From assembly GCA_002633005.1 (NCBI GenBank), contig NMRA01000209.1:380569-444568 (forward strand): 64,000 bases of DNA, read 5' to 3'. A program made the translations under genes and the position numbers. Numbering within the stretch: position 1 is the first letter of the stretch; every line of letters begins with the position of its first letter. Under the pieces are notes generated by a model that searched no databases, was not told where the DNA came from, and saw only the letters and a program-made list of their open reading frames with translations. Below are positions 11,806 to 26,770 of the stretch, piece by piece. This stretch comes from Phoronis australis (lineage: Eukaryota; Animalia; Phoronida).

Positions 11806-13380
11806 GTAAGCTATTTGTAATAAATTAGTTCTAGAGTTTTTACACTCACTGTCGTAGTTACCATGTTTTTTGTGAATTGTGCACATTTCGGTTATTACGT
11901 TAATTGTGTCATTCTCCATAGGTTACTGTATTAAGTTATATCTTCAGTTTCTAAGACATGCCCTGACAAATCTATTACTGCGTTATTCGTGTGCAAAATA
12001 TGCAAGTTGTGCGGGACCACATTGTGGCGGATATAGTATACCAAAAGAGGGGGAGCAACACTTTGTTTCGAGGAATCGCGCAAAGCACGATTGCACGAGC
12101 GCAACCAGAGGGCTCGAATTCCTGAGGGTGTTTACGTCTAAAAAAACAGGAAACCGATTGCGACAGCAGTGGCATGACATATTGTGACAATGTGTTTTAA
12201 TCACGAGGCAATTTTACGGTCCTTTTCATGACTCAATTGTCCAACCTTTAATCACCGTGAACGTTGACTTTTCTATAGGCAGGCTTGGATCTATTCGCAT
12301 AAGTTGTTGCCTTTTTTGGTATACATGTATCGCTGAGGGACCAGTGTTTTACGTGACATTTTGATCGAACAACTGGGATATCAGGCTTCAATACTAATAC
12401 GTGGGAAGTTGTCGTAAAGAGTGATTCTGACGTCTGATATATAAATTGTTTCAGGGTAAATGAAAAAGTCAGGATCAAATTCTATGTCCTTTTTATCATA
12501 GTTCTGTCAAACATAAGCATTTATAAATTTACGTTAAAAGCGATGAAAGACAGTTGTTGCAAAAAACATATGTGTCTTTCAGCACTAGTGAATAGTTCTT
12601 TAGTTCCACTTTTGTACTGCAAAACTCAATACACCTCGTGTACTTTCTTAGTCTTAACATCCGGACGTGTTTCTTATACTTTTATATGCAAGTGCGAACT
12701 CCAATCATACCAGCTAAGTCAAAATTTGGCCGCTTAAGAGACGGTTAAGATCACAGCTTCAGCCTAGCGCGTCTCAAAAGTCGCATTGCCGTAACGTCAT
12801 ATTTAATCCTTAAAAGCATATCATAGGTGTGAAAATAATTTTCTGAGATTGGCTCAACCTGCAGCTTCTATGTGTACCTGTACGTAAGCATTTCCATTGG
12901 ATAAAATACATATAGCAAGACTATTCTTTGTGTATTGAATTGGTTAAATCACCGGCCTTGATTCCTGTGTATGTCTGGTAGGAAACTATGAGAATTGTCG
13001 ATGTGCAATACAGTCACGAAAACACTACCGATTGTAATGTGTAAGAGACGCCAAAGTTGACAAATGCTGTTTACATAAATTCTAGAGAGTAGAAAATACT
13101 CCGTGCCCGCAGCGTAACTGTTCAGTGCTTCCTAAATTTACTCACTGCGGTGACAAATTAATTCCCCTTCAAAAGATGGGATTAGCGACCGGCGTTAAAG
13201 AGATTGGTTCACAGCTATTTAGTTGTAGTTAATGTGTATACACATATGTTGGCTGTTAATAAAGTTTGCTTGTACCACAATCCTTTTTATTTCATACCCC
13301 ATATTCTACTATTATTCGTTTAAAACACGCTCCCACTTCGCCACAAAATTTTGGGAACACAGAATTTTCAACTTCGGCTA

Positions 13381-14018
13381 CAGCACACATCACGAATTTT
13401 TGTCCTACCGGTAGGAAATTGATCGACGACCGGCCGTCGACCGTCGGCAAATTAGCCGTCTGGTCGGCAAAAAATTAACCGACCGGCAGCCGCTCGCAGT
13501 GCCGACTCATAGGGCGACTCCCCAGCCGACCCTTCAGCCGACCACTTGGTCGGCTGCTATTCTTAGGCTAGAGTAGCAGTTGCGTAAAACGTTGTCAGGC
13601 TGATACCACTTAATATTATGCTTCCGCGATATCAGTTAGCGTTTGATTTTACCACGCCGTCATCAATTCAACATAAAATTTTAGGTTGGTGTAATGTCAC
13701 GCACTTCGTATTTGTAGGTTGATTCGACTTTACCTCCTTTAAATAGTTGAACAAAAGTTGATAAACCGATGTCAAGACCGGAATGTTTGTTTGGCCAAAG
13801 TTCACCCGCTAAGTCATAAAATGGTAATTGCCGACCAAGGACATGCTTAACCCGAATTGGTCATCTACGCTATGCGACCACATTGCCGACCCAAGTGCCG
13901 ACCGCAGAGGCGACTCAGCAGACGGCTCCTAACCGTTGTTGGTCGGCTGCTGGTCGGCTAGACGAGGGATCGTCGACCAATTTCCGACCGGTCGGACAGA
14001 AATTCGTGATGTGTACTG
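13381..14018. mobile_element. Tc1/mariner-type MITE
   Basis: TIRs of ~45 bp (CAGYACACATCACGAATTTYTGTCC...) flanked by TA at 13379-13380 and 14019-14020; CCGAC-rich subterminal regions. Confidence 0.85.
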
Positions 14019-17000
14019 TATCTTCGGAAACACGTCACATCAGGAACCTGACCCGATCACTGCCCAGTCTGTCCATAGGTTTGTACTGGGACTGTCTGGC
14101 ACAAATGGAATCTTTCTGTTTGTTAGAATTTGGTTGTTATGAAACTTTTGCTGATTAATTCTCTGAAATGTGACATATATGCACATGGTCGTGTGTTGCC
14201 ATAAATAATTTACAGTAGTTAGTAATGCCCCGATCATTGCAGAGTCAGCCTGACTGAGTCCACAGTGTCCATTGTTGTATGCCATTACTTTTTTCAAATG
14301 AGGACAGAATTTTAGATTTAAACTGGAATAAATATTTGAAGAAGAATGCTTGACAGTTGTGTACTTGGAGACTGTGGCAATACGCCAAGGGCTGGGGTAT
14401 CTTTGCACAAGTTTCCCACTGATCCAACACTGCGTCACAAGTGAGAAGACTTTGCGAAGTCCAGGAGTGAAGCGTGGCCGTATTCGGTAGAATGTAGCGA
14501 ACATATTTTGCATGGACTGCTTGTACAACTACAGCCTGTGATCCGAGTATAGTTGCAAACCAAGATGAGTGGATTTTTTAGAGAGTGTTCGAAATGGTAC
14601 ATGCAGTCGCTTTCCGGAAGCTAGTGGGCCTTGAGCTAGTATTGACAACCTAGCATTGAAAACGACGGAATGCATCGACGGACACGGTTGGACAGGATTA
14701 GTGTTAGAAGTAGCCAGTAGATTGCTTTTTCTTTTGACTTACAGCTTTTGCAACATACCGGTGGATGTGCTGAATAGCTTGATACTCGTTGCCTGTTGTT
14801 GCAATCTATCGAATTTTAGCCTAGTGCATCGGTAGCTGGACTGAACTTAACAGTCGAGTAGGGCTGTCCAACCACTTTTTTCGATTTGCAAAAATACTTC
14901 AATATAATCGGAGAGCTGAATGCAACCCACTCAATAAAAATTAAACAAATATCAAAATGTGGTTAAGCAGTGCACATTTGTTGCATTTTAGGTGGCGAAA
15001 TTTGGGTTATTTGTTTGGATCGGGTCGGCCATTTTGGACAACAGCGGCATAACTTACGAGTTTAAAACCGTGTATAAATTATTTTCACCTATAATTTACG
15101 TTGAAATTTAGTGAGAAAGATCTATACGTACTATTCAGAGGATTCAATAGTTTTCATTCGATTTCAGCTAAACAGATGTTATTTATTGAGTGATAAATGT
15201 GCTCACAATTCCCATTTCACTCATTTCTGGCGGCACCGACAACATGGCGACTTCTGCTGAACAGAAGGACATGTTCAATCGGCTATTTTGTACTTGGTGA
15301 AGACTTAACTTAGACACATTTTGATGAAAGTTGCTATACAAAAGCAACAATGGCTGTGTTTTTGTGCAAAAATATAAGGAATACCCTAATTATTGTAGTG
15401 TGAATATCCCATTCAGTTGACCATACACTCAGCTTAAAAATTAGTCGAAAACGTTTTGAAATAGTTTTTTTTTTCTGTGAAAGTCAATTGCGCTTCGAAG
15501 TTTGATTATGTGTCACAACATAATTTATATTTTTCTAAATTTTACGTATGAATGTTTCTTTTAATACATGCGTTATAAATTTTTGCCTTCTAAATTCAAG
15601 TTTTCAAGGCAACAAAATGTAATTAAGGCTCGTAATTAGAGTAATAGGCTACATGTATGTTGGGTTGTGCAGTTTGCAGCCTCCAAACCTTTTTCCATAC
15701 AATTTCTTATTTTCTCAAATCATGCTTGTCGAATTCTAGTGTAAGGAAACACCTGGTCGCCATGGTGATAGTTAGGCATATCCACTTTCATATCATGTAA
15801 ATTTGTCTTGTTGTTGGATAACGTTTGTAATGTTTAAATGTTCTAAAGTACTGTGCATTCTAGATTACTTATTTTGGTAAAAGATTAGACCATTCTCGCA
15901 CACATAAAAACTTTACTGTACTGAGATTATTTCAGTTGTGACTTATGTACAGTAGTGGTAACCTTCAACTACCTGGAAAGTCTTTCACTGTAGAAACCAA
16001 AATTGATATATAATTTCTACTGAAAGCGCTTGATTTTAATTTCAACTGTCGATTAAATCATGATCGTCATCTGATTTGTTCTTTGATTTCTGTGACTCAC
16101 TGACCAAAGCATGATAGAATTAACTTGCCGTAATGAATGGCTGAAGTAATATTCTCACTGGCATCTTCAGCTAATATTTCTTGATGCCTTGGGTTTATTA
16201 TTATTTCAATAGGTTAACACGTGAATTTAAAAAACAAGTTCAGTTGACTTCCATTTCAAGTGTTCTTGTAATTCTGTCATTGAGATTGCCACCTCCACTC
16301 AAATTTCAATTATATACGCGGTTAAATTAAAAGGTGACCCCCTTTTACTCACTGCTGAAAATGGAAAAAATCAAAACTGCAATATTTTGTATTAGGCTTG
16401 ATTATCTGTGATACACTGGTCTTTACATTTCCTTGGTGAAAAACAATTTAGTTATGCCAACTAATAGAGTTGAAAGGAATTATCATATGAAGCAAGCAAA
16501 ATTTTGGAGGGTTGACGGCTTGTAGCCATTGCAATGCACAGCTGACTTCCTGGTCTGACATCACATACGGTTATGTAACCACATATGCCTGTTCTCAGAA
16601 TTGACTCGGCTGAAGTCGGATAAGGTCATTACTGCTGGGCTTTTCTCATTAACCAAGCTGTGCGGACAAGAACTGCACTCTGCAACAGATTCACACAGTG
16701 CTTTTATTTGTTTTGAAAAACAGTTGTTTTGGTGTGAAACTATGTCTTTAAATTTTAGACAATCCTCCGATAGCCTAGAAGCCAGAAAAGGGTACCTACA
16801 AATTCTTGGTAGTGTAAGGTTATTCGGTCATTTCATGTCTATTCGCCCTCCTTAACCATTTTACCTATGTCAGTGTAGGCCTAATCTTGACATCCTCGAG
16901 CATTTTTAAATGGGCAAATTAAATCCTCCACTATGCACAATTCTGTTTTTGTACCAAGCAGTGCAGGGAGATTTGTTTGATGTTTTCATCCATGTTTCTA

Positions 17001-19302
17001 TGTTGTCATACCAGACAAAGGACTGTGTTTTGCAGTTAACAAAGGAGCTGGGTGTTATCACATGCTCACACCCCTCTACATTGTATGTCTGGTAAAGTCA
17101 CTGAACGGGAGAAAGCCGTAATGTCCCCAACCTTCTTAAAACAGTCATAAGCAGGGTTACAACTTGAATTTTAAGCTGTATTTTGACTCGTTTAGCTGAA
17201 TGGCTGCCATAAAAGTGGCTCAAAGTATTCTTTGTTATGAAAGGATTCTATTTCCGTTACCAACAAGAAAATGTCACATCTGCGCGTTTCCATGGATCTA
17301 CCAACCACAGTAGCGGCGAGGTGGGGGTTTACTATTCAGAACCGTGTTTGGTATAATAAATCACATTAGGGATGAGAGGAAATCGGTGAAGTATGACACC
17401 AGAGAGTTTGGTGGTTTTGGAGATATTAGGGTAGTCTTGGGGGGGATGAGGAAATTTTCTGATGCGGAATGACTACTTTTTAGTACAATTTCTATTGCAG
17501 TTTCTGCCTCAAAGCGAACCTTTTCTGAATAATTTTGATATCACGTGATAGGTTTATGACCTATGGCAGCAAGGTAACATTGCAACTGTTTCAGTGGAGG
17601 TACATTTCATGCTTGTGAAAAACCAGCAGTTAGTTATACCCTTATGTCTAAGCTACCTGCACGAGAAAACTGAAAGTAGTATCACTGGCATATAGAATAC
17701 TCCATGCCCTTGAAAGTAACTCAAAAAACCTTGCTCTGCCTTACATGAAGGCTTGGGAATAGGAGTCTGAATTTCACTATTTTCAGACCGCACATTTTGT
17801 AATTCTCGTGTTAAACCAATCTGCGCCGTCTGTAAGCATTAAGATGTCGTAGTATAATGCAACAATTGGTTTGCTTAAATGTTTTAATTAATTTTATGAA
17901 CACAAAAGGTTCCAACTAAAATATGAAATTATACTAGATATCTTCATCCAACTCTTTGAATACCAAATTAAAGAAACAAATGCGTTTGTTGAATAATGGC
18001 TGACCTAACGTTCAGGTTTGCGAATTTATCTGGCACTGCCAGTCGCATCAGAAGTGGTATTTTTGCAAGTTACTGAGCGAAACAAATGTGAAAATCTTGG
18101 GATTTGCACAAGGAATATAAGGAGATATAGGAGAATCTTAAAAGTGACGGGAGGTGATGTGAAGGAAGTGGGACGTGTTCTTTCGCAAACTACTCTGTCT
18201 GCCTCGGAGGCAGGTGTGTAGCAGGAGCTAGGTAATTTACCGTAGTACACTCACTTGCCCGAATCATCGATACAGCCCTCGACTTATGTTGGCGTCGCCA
18301 ACGACACTGAGTACATCCATTGCATACAGGAGGGGAAATCCAACAGAGGTCTGAAAAATTACCAAAGATGTTAAATCAAGTTTCAACGTTCTGCTTCGCG
18401 TGAGCTCAGGTAAGACTCATAAAATTCAGGGTCTGACTCTGAGGAGTATTTTTCGGGGAATATCATTCATACATGAATACTTTTATTGATACACTGTGAT
18501 TGCATGTAAATTGGGCCTTATTGCTTAATCATATCTTATCTTATTGATATCAATTTGTGATTTGCAACAACTAAACCTTTTAACAAAGATGATTAGTCTA
18601 AAAATGTAACGGAGAACACAAAATTGGAACAGTTGTAGTCCAAATGTGCAGTTTACAATTTTGCCCAATCACTCATCGCTGAGGTAGAAATCAAGAGTCG
18701 CATATCAAAATTTACCCTCCAAAATTGGAATAAAAAGACAGAACATTCTAAAATGACCCTAAAGCTCCCTAAATTGGCCCGTTGACTTTAGGTCCTGCGG
18801 GTCAATTGATCGAATAACCACGCAAAGGATTTTGACGTAGTTTAATGCATGCTGAATTCGCAGTAGAGTTCAAAGTTCCTCTTAACCTCATATGATTGCC
18901 AAAAGCGGTGTATTTCTTGGTTGCTAGATTTCAGGGCCGGCAAACTAACAAAAATAAGCAGAGACTGTCGTGAGGATCTTGAACTTAAGGTTTCCTTGTC
19001 ATACTCGTGCATGAAAGATGGTGTATGCAATTGATACAATATCATGGAGGCAAATCAGAGAAAGGCATCGATCCATTTCTCATTGGTTGTGACTACCTTT
19101 TTCCCACATACAATGCCACTCCTCTACCAGGGTCACGGACCCCACGCGAGTTGTGGCGGTTGGCAGGATTGTTCATCCATGAACAACCCTCCCCATGTGG
19201 CACATACTGAGCCACAACACCACGTTCCTTACAATGCATTATTTATCACTCCGCCTGGTCTGCTCGCTCAGCTTGTCCAAAACCTCCTTTGCTGGTTGTT
19301 AA

Positions 19303-19452
19303 AGCCCAATTGGCTGTTTGGTACTTTATTAGTGCCCATTTGGCAGTTGTACCCATTTGGTACTTGTTATTGAATTTGCCATTTTGCTCGACCCACTTGG
19401 TAGGCAATCGGCCAATACCAATTAATGGTATTATGCACCCATTTGGTACAAT
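19303..19452. repeat. Degenerate repeat cluster of CCCATTTGGTAC-like units
   Basis: Multiple CCCATTTGG/CCCACTTGG units with variable spacing. Confidence 0.5.
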
Positions 19453-21453
19453 AATAACCTGTGCCACTTACATGTAGTATCAGATACTCGATTACACACT
19501 GGGTATCGTAAACGTGTGTCATCTCTTGTAATTAAGGAACCCATCTGGTTCCTTTTGTGAAATATTCATTTGTAGAGCTGTGGCCCTGAAATTCCCAATA
19601 CAACCTAAAATATATATTTTTGCTATCGTTTTATTTGTCCTCAATCAGTCAGATGTTCGTTTGGAAATCTGTTATGTTGAAATGGTTAACTTTTTGTGCT
19701 CATTGTGAAGGTTGGCTCATGTGAAATGAGGAATTAGTAGTATAGTAAGTCATACATGACCCCGTTTCAAAGGCTCCTCGGTCAAAAGGCATCCATCTCA
19801 AAGGAAAAGGACAAAAGTCACGTGGGATAACTGCAATCGGAAGGGATACCATCCGCCTACCGGACGGATGTGTCATTGACGTAGTAGGTTTAATTGGACC
19901 CGTTGGAGAGGCACCTCGATGCACGTTTTTGCTGCTCCTCGCAAAGGATTGATAACCGAGACAAAAGAGAGATGACGCAGCAGAATAAGAACGAAACTTA
20001 TTTCGTGTCCCCCTAATTAAGTGAGGGTCGTCGTTGTATATTGTTTGTTCTCTCTCATTGATCAAAAACAAAGGTGTGTATATACAAAAGGGGATAACCA
20101 CCCAACTCAACAACAGATGTTGCGTAAAGTCTAACCCAGGCCCCGACGGTACTAAGTGAATCATACTAATTAATACTAAGAATAAGAGGCGACCATAAAC
20201 AGAACATAAAACCGATAGCGTTTAAACGTGTATTAATGATAAAGAACGAATACACTACAAAAATCATCATTCGAATACACTATAAAAATCAACAAGACCT
20301 TCAGAATCTGTTTAAGTAGTGTATAGCAAACTATCAATTGTCCGCATTAAATGTTCAGAGGTCCAGTGATGACGCCTTCGTCGAACACTCGTCTTTTGGG
20401 ACAAAAGTAGGTGAACGCGCACCAAAATGGTCACATTAAACTTAATGTGTTTACTTTTTAGGAATCAGGAAAGGCTTGTGCTAAAGAAATGGCTTCTGCT
20501 GAAGTTGAAGACCTGCCGATTTTTAGTAAAGGTTGGGTACGGTTGAAAAAATTCTGTCTGGACGACTAAGTTAGAGGGCTAGAGAGAGCCCGAAAAATCT
20601 ACACCCAGACGATGTGTCAAACAGAATTTGTAACTTGAGGAAAGAGTGGGCGGAAATGCATTTGCCAAAGATCAATTGGTCAAAAGTAACTTCTTTGAGA
20701 AAGGCAACTCTCAGCAAATGTGGGAAACTGAGACAGTTGCATGTACATGTAGGATATGTGACAGAGGAAATGGAGTATGAGTTGGAAAGAGACAATCTGA
20801 GCTTTAAGATGGTCAAGAATGTAGCATTGTAAAAATTCGAAGGGAGGAAACAGTACAGTGGCTGGACCTGTGAATACTCTGGCTGATCTGCTAAATCCAG
20901 TGGTGGCATTATTACTATCAGCACTGTTGTGTAGGGAAGTATATCTACACGTAGATACGTGTCTTGTTTCCAGATTTGTTTGCACCAGAACTGCTTTGCG
21001 AACAACACAAATCTAAATTTACAGGGATTGATTATTTATTCAGTTACCGATCATGATCCTGGGCCAGTGGATTTTAAGTTGGTACAGCCACATGGTAATG
21101 GAACATAGGTCTTTTTGTTTAGCTAGTGGATTTTTTGGTCTCACAGGATTTCTCAGTGTGGCCACTACATTTAGAATTGTTGGGTGATTTCTCACCACTG
21201 TTTTGTTTTTTCTCCTTAAAATTGTGTAATTGATTTGAATATATGTTTCCGCATTTTATTTACCATGATGGATTTTTGTTTGTAAGTGAGTATTAATTGC
21301 TGCCTTTGAGTCCCTGTTGCAGTTTCACTGGTTCTGTTCATATACCTTTCTGCCTGGTTAGTAAACCCATTTTCCGTCCAGAAGGTAATGTTTTGATTTA
21401 AACCATTTACCTTTACAAAACTTTACTCGATTTGTTCATTATGCAGTGCCAGA

Positions 21454-21632
21454 AATTGACCTATCGCCAGCATTTTGAGTGACAGCTTAACTGACCATTT
21501 AGAATGCAGCATGATTGACACACCCTCGTTTCCAAGCCGCCATTTTACCCGACAAACAACACGCTACTGGGTTAAGCCTATTGTTTGTTAGTCGACATTA
21601 CGCAAGGGGACGGAGCTTGTGATAGGTCAATT
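21454..21632. mobile_element. Short MITE with TIR (AAT)TGACCTATCGC; same family as 54064-55929
   Basis: AATTGACCTATCGC ... GTGATAGGTCAATT. Confidence 0.65.
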
Positions 21633-22366
21633 GCCAAATGCAACGAACTGTTTAATTGGCGTATTGGCTTGCCTTTGTCTACGTCACTAAGGGATTCACC
21701 TTTTAATTCACACAGCTGCCTATAACACCCGCAGGCGATGGTGTTCTATTCAGGCCCCTATTCAAGACAATGGTTATCGGCCTTTCTTGGGATCTCGCGG
21801 AAACGCAACATGGCACCAAAAAGCTGCTTCACTTAACATTTGACGGGCTTACTTTTGCATGATTGAACTCGCGTTTTAAAATTCTTATTTTACTTAGCTA
21901 GGACTATCTGGTTAGCCAGTACTTCTAAAATAACAAAATTTCGTTGAAGGTTAGCTTTAATGCTTTCGATAGGTGATAACCATGAGACCAGTTTACCAAG
22001 TTAAGCAATACTTTCCGACCTGCACACTACATGATTTGACATAGGTAATGTAACTGAAATAACTGCCGTAAGGATTTTGGTGCTTTTGTACATAACCAAG
22101 GGGTGGAAACAATTCCACGATAGCACTTGTAGAATCCAGCTACAAACTCCTATTCGAGATCCTTAGACACCAAAGCCGCGCTACATATCCGCAGATTTGC
22201 AGCCTTGAACTTCACACGCACACCGAAGTGGCTCGACATGCAAGATGACCGAAGTCAATTCCCAAAGACTACTAGATTCAATGGCGGTGCACCTATTTCG
22301 CAGCTAGAAAAGAAAAGTGGACTCCCGAGCAAAATATTCAAGTATTATTATTTTGTCTCGTTTTAG

Positions 22367-22474
22367 ATTGGACGGGTACAATTCCTGTTTGCATGACGCA
22401 GTTTACAGCACCTGTAAACGTTGCCATTATACGTTTGATTGGACCACGAGGTTACCAGGCGACCGGTTGTTTTG
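22367..22474 (+). CDS. SLC16/MCT-like transporter, exon 2 (missed by the ORF track)
   Basis: TTTTAG| (D)WTGTIPVCMTQFTAPVNVAIIRLIGPRGYQATGCF G|GTGAGT; W.GS-like TM2 and G.R loop; phases 1/1. Confidence 0.9.
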
Positions 22475-22904
22475 GTGAGTTGTAACGTTTGCTTCGCACG
22501 ATGCAATTAGTTAGAAGTAGGTAGTTTTCGGTAGGGATGTAGTAGAGAGTTTGTCTAGATCGCGCAAGTTTTCATGAGAAATAGTAATGTTTTTCAAGCA
22601 AATCACGTGATCGGACTACTTTCCAATTGCTGATAACTTGTATTTCGGAACGTGCCATAGGAAAGACTTTGTGCATGTTGATCACCTAAACATTCAGGTG
22701 ACTCAGTACCGGTTATGTATTAACGGTGACATTCAAAACCCATCTCGTTGACCATGATAATTACCCGCTTTCTGTAAAAATTATATCCTTTAACTTACAC
22801 ATTTGCAGCTACAAGGCTAGTCTCTACTGGTATATTAAATTGACACATGTGCTTGAAAAGACGTATACTGTAGACACAGTGCACTCCCGGACATCCATTA
22901 TAGC

Positions 22905-23430
22905 GTTCTGTCGTTCAGTAACTTTTCCAGACGTGAAGGGTGCTGAACGTGCGATAACATGTCACGGTTCTTTTGTTAACTGCCCAGCTCAGTCTTTTGT
23001 CCCGTATGATAACCAGCAAGACAATTATCTCTCAGGCTCCAAAGGAAACTCATGGTGGTTGCACGCTATTACCGAACGCGTCAAACCCACTGCGTTCATT
23101 TGGACAGAATAGATTGTCTTATTTCTGTTGTAGTTGGGCGATTTTGGTGATTCAAAAACGGAACATGATCAGCATTTGACAAGGAATTCAGAAATTCTAT
23201 TGGTTTAAGCTCAAATATGTTATAACTTAACTTTCATTTTTATCAGCCTAGCCTAGTCAGTCTAGATAGGATCTGATCGGAGATTAGAGCAATTATCGAA
23301 CAAAAAAGCGCAGGCCCTCCAATCATAAATGCCAGAATGGAGATAATCAGTCGTGTAAGATATTGGCTACGGGGGTAAACTTCCCAACTTGTTGTTGGGC
23401 TATAGAAACGAACAATTTGGTAGCAACGGG
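22905..23430 (+). repeat. Dispersed repeat family, copy A
   Basis: Aligns by eye with 44160-44666 (same strand) and with 36001-36243 plus 37632-37800 (opposite strand); shared GGTAAACTTCCCAACTTGTTGTTG. Confidence 0.85.
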
Positions 23431-26148
23431 ATGTCGGTCGTCGTCATGTGTTGTTCTAAAATGCCTTTTGTGAAGGACATTGAAGAAAAAAATCGATGTT
23501 TACAAGTCAAACATATGCCCAACTATGTTCTTTTCAACAAATTAGTGACACCATTACCGCATCTCGGTGACTTCTTCGTATATCTGAACATTTCAATAGA
23601 TACTGCAGCTACCGTACGTGTATATTTTGGTTCATGCATTATGTTAGATTAATTTTCTAACTTGTAACTGTGTGAGTTCTATACTGCAAATTAGCGATGA
23701 TGCTTCACTATGGTGTTCTAAACTACAATTTAGCATCGAAGAAAAAGCACTTTTGAATGCAGATGCTTGAGCTACAGGCTTGGTAACGTTCCACGCGTTC
23801 ATGTCCCTTTCGTTTAGGGGAACTTTTTTCCGAAAAGTGGTCGGTGTTTTTGTCCCTTTCACATATGCATGTGCATGTATGGGCCAACAGGGAATCAGTG
23901 AGTTGATTTGAATATGATCACATGGCCAATGATACGGGGCTCTACCACCATGCCACTCATCATAACGCTAAAACCTCGTGAGAGCCCGTCCTGAGTTGGC
24001 AGCTGGAGGAACTCAGGACGGTCTTGGATCTAGAGAAAACCACAGGGTAGATCTGTGGTCGACATATCTGTTCTGTCGATTGCATTTAATTTCCCGTGAA
24101 GCCGATGGTTTGGTGATAAGGGCTGTCTGAAGAAATATGACTCGCGCATTTGTATTTTCACCTTTTCAACCACATGTAAAAGATTCATCAAAAAATTCCT
24201 CGTAAAATTTTGAAAACAAGTGCTTTTCTCCCACGAAAATCGATGAAGTTTTGGCCGAGATGTTTCACTTTCAGTCCAGGCTAGCCCTGCACACTGGAGA
24301 ATCGCCACAAAAGATTACGACGCGGTAACGCGGTTTCTCGGTCAACAAAGGATGACGTCAAAATTGACTTATAATTACCATTTCTAAACTATTTGCATGT
24401 TAAATTATCGAAATATAAGTAAAATCGTGCGCTATATTTTAGCAGTAAAACAGCAAATTCATTTTGGTGAACATGTCTTTAAGGACCAAACTCGCGCATG
24501 GTGGTGAGTAGTGAGTCCGGTACAACACGTGAGGATGGCTGTGTAGTTAATTTTGCTCTCAAGCTCAAAAGTAGCCGTTTCAAAATGGAAGATGGACAGA
24601 AAACGCAGGCGGTTGACGAAAACAGCCATTGGGAGGAAGTAACTGTGCCGAGAGTAAATGACAGCGCCGGGAATTCACGTCGGTTTTCCTGGATGGCCGT
24701 CTGAGTTTGACCAGCTCTTCGAGCCGTGATTCGTGAGAGGCTGAGCCGATCGATTATGTCGGGCTCGGGACCTGGACCTGGTGAAGAAAAACGTAAGTAT
24801 TTTTTATCATCACTCGTGCTCGCATGATGCTGTTGGCTGTATAAATAAAGTATACAGTGTTTACATGGGAGCGTGTGTTCATGAAATTACAGACTATGTA
24901 CTTGAGCCTTACAAAAATGAACTTAAGTTTTCATCGAAAAACTTAAGTTTTTGGTCTGAAAAACTTATGTTTCCATTCATGAAAACTTAAGTATTTTGGA
25001 ACAAGTTTTTGGGACGAACTTAAGTTTTCGTAACTTAAGTTCGTTCCAAAAAACTTGTTCCAAAATACTTATTAAAGTTTTTGGAAAACTTAAGTTTCAG
25101 AAACTTAAGTTATTGGGTTTTGGAACAAGTTTTTAGTAACAAACATAAGTCATCAAAACTTAAGTTTTTGAAAACTAAGTTTTCTGAACATAAGTTTTCT
25201 GAATATAACTTTTCAAGAAACTAACTTTTGAAAACTGAAGTTTTCTAAAATCAATAAGTTTCAATAGGACAGGCATTCAAAAATTTTGATTATCACTAAA
25301 ACAAGAGTGGAGTACAGTAACAAATTTAATGATTCTGATAAAGATTTAACAAACTAGAGTTCTATTAACATTTCATTAACAATGATTAATTGCACAAAAT
25401 TAAATGCACTTCCTAAAATACACTAGTTCCATAAAATAAGTGAACATTAGTGAAATGTCAAAGTCTTAAAAACCAGAAACATTTCAAAAATAAGTTCATC
25501 AAGTGTCATGCAGTGAAAACTAAATGAGGCTAATACTATATTCATATTTGCATCGTTCTCAGTCTATGACAATTATGCGATAACTGAGGGAGCAAAATGG
25601 AATGTACAAACAGAGAAATCACTACCAAACCATGAAACACAACCAAAGAAAATGAAATGTGATTACATAACCAGGAAGGAGTACAATAAAAGTCTACGTT
25701 TCAACAGCACATACTTTTTCAACTAAAATTACAGCAATGACACCAAGAATAACAAATCACTTAATATGCAAAACTAAAGAATATCTGCAGAGACAAAAGC
25801 ATAACATAAAACGTAACAGGTACATGTAACTAAAAGTTTATCGACAATGGCCACAGATCTGGTTTTGGGAAGTACAATCCTTTAGCTAGAAATAGTGCCT
25901 AGAATCACCTATCATTGTTTTCAACCTTAAAATTATCAATTTAAAAGTCAAAGTTTCGTTTTGTTGACAATCATAATAACAGTAAATCCAATACACTCCA
26001 TGGTGTGAACAAGTTTCACTAAAAGTAACCCTAAGTACAACCTGGTTATACGAGATGGAAATTAGAAAACTTTGACCTTTGACCACAAAAATATTCTTTC
26101 TCCATTAATTTAAAGCTACTGAACTTCATACATATATATATATATATA

Positions 26149-26644
26149 GGGCCTTTCATACTAACATCGACACGTCAAAGTTTTGGGAGTTAATGTCAGT
26201 ATGAACGCTTAAACTTTGTTCCTGGAAGAAAGTTAACAGCGCCAATTAACTTCACACTAAACAGGTTGATTTAAGTGCTTAGCGTCAACGCTGCCACGCA
26301 GTATAAACGATCAACTTCGGTTCTATCTCAGTTATTGCCAGGGGCCACTGTTATCATTAACAATTGCATAGTAGTGTGATGGCTAATAGTTGCTTATACC
26401 TTGGTCTAATAATCACTAATCAATTTAAAAAAAAGTTTTATGTCAATTAACACATGTAAATGTTCCCATACTGTCACATCTTAGCGTGCAGTGCTACCTT
26501 GCGATACCTTCGATCATGACAGCGTCACCTACTGTTTACTTCGAAGTTCATTAACTACCGAAGCCAGAATGAACGGTCCAGTTAACTTCGCAGTATACGT
26601 CGCTGCTCCACTCAAACAAGAGTTAAGTCAATGTGAAAGGGCCC
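26149..26644. mobile_element. PIF/Harbinger-like MITE inserted at the end of a (TA)n tract
   Basis: GGGCCTTTCATA ... TGTGAAAGGGCCC, with TA on both sides. Confidence 0.7.
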
Positions 26645-26770
26645 TATGCTAGACCACAAGCCACTTAATCTTCTTTAGCTGGATCTACTCGCCTAGCTTC
26701 ACAGGCAAATAATCCATGTTTTGTGACTACAAACGCTCGTTTCTGATGTCAGATAACTGAGTTCATAGGT

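Noticed and set aside
14861-16521. Possible hAT-like element (AGGGCTGTCCAACC ... GGTTGACGGCTTG)
   Set aside because: The TIR match is poor and there is no 8-bp TSD.
20461-21000. Purine-rich, coding-like stretch after an AG acceptor in intron 1
   Set aside because: Stops and frameshifts, no recognisable domain, and not needed for the transporter reading frame.
24585-24792. Exon-like segment (AAAATGG start, AC|GTAAGT donor)
   Set aside because: In-frame stop at 24704, no recognisable homology and no partner exon; probably a decayed TE gene.
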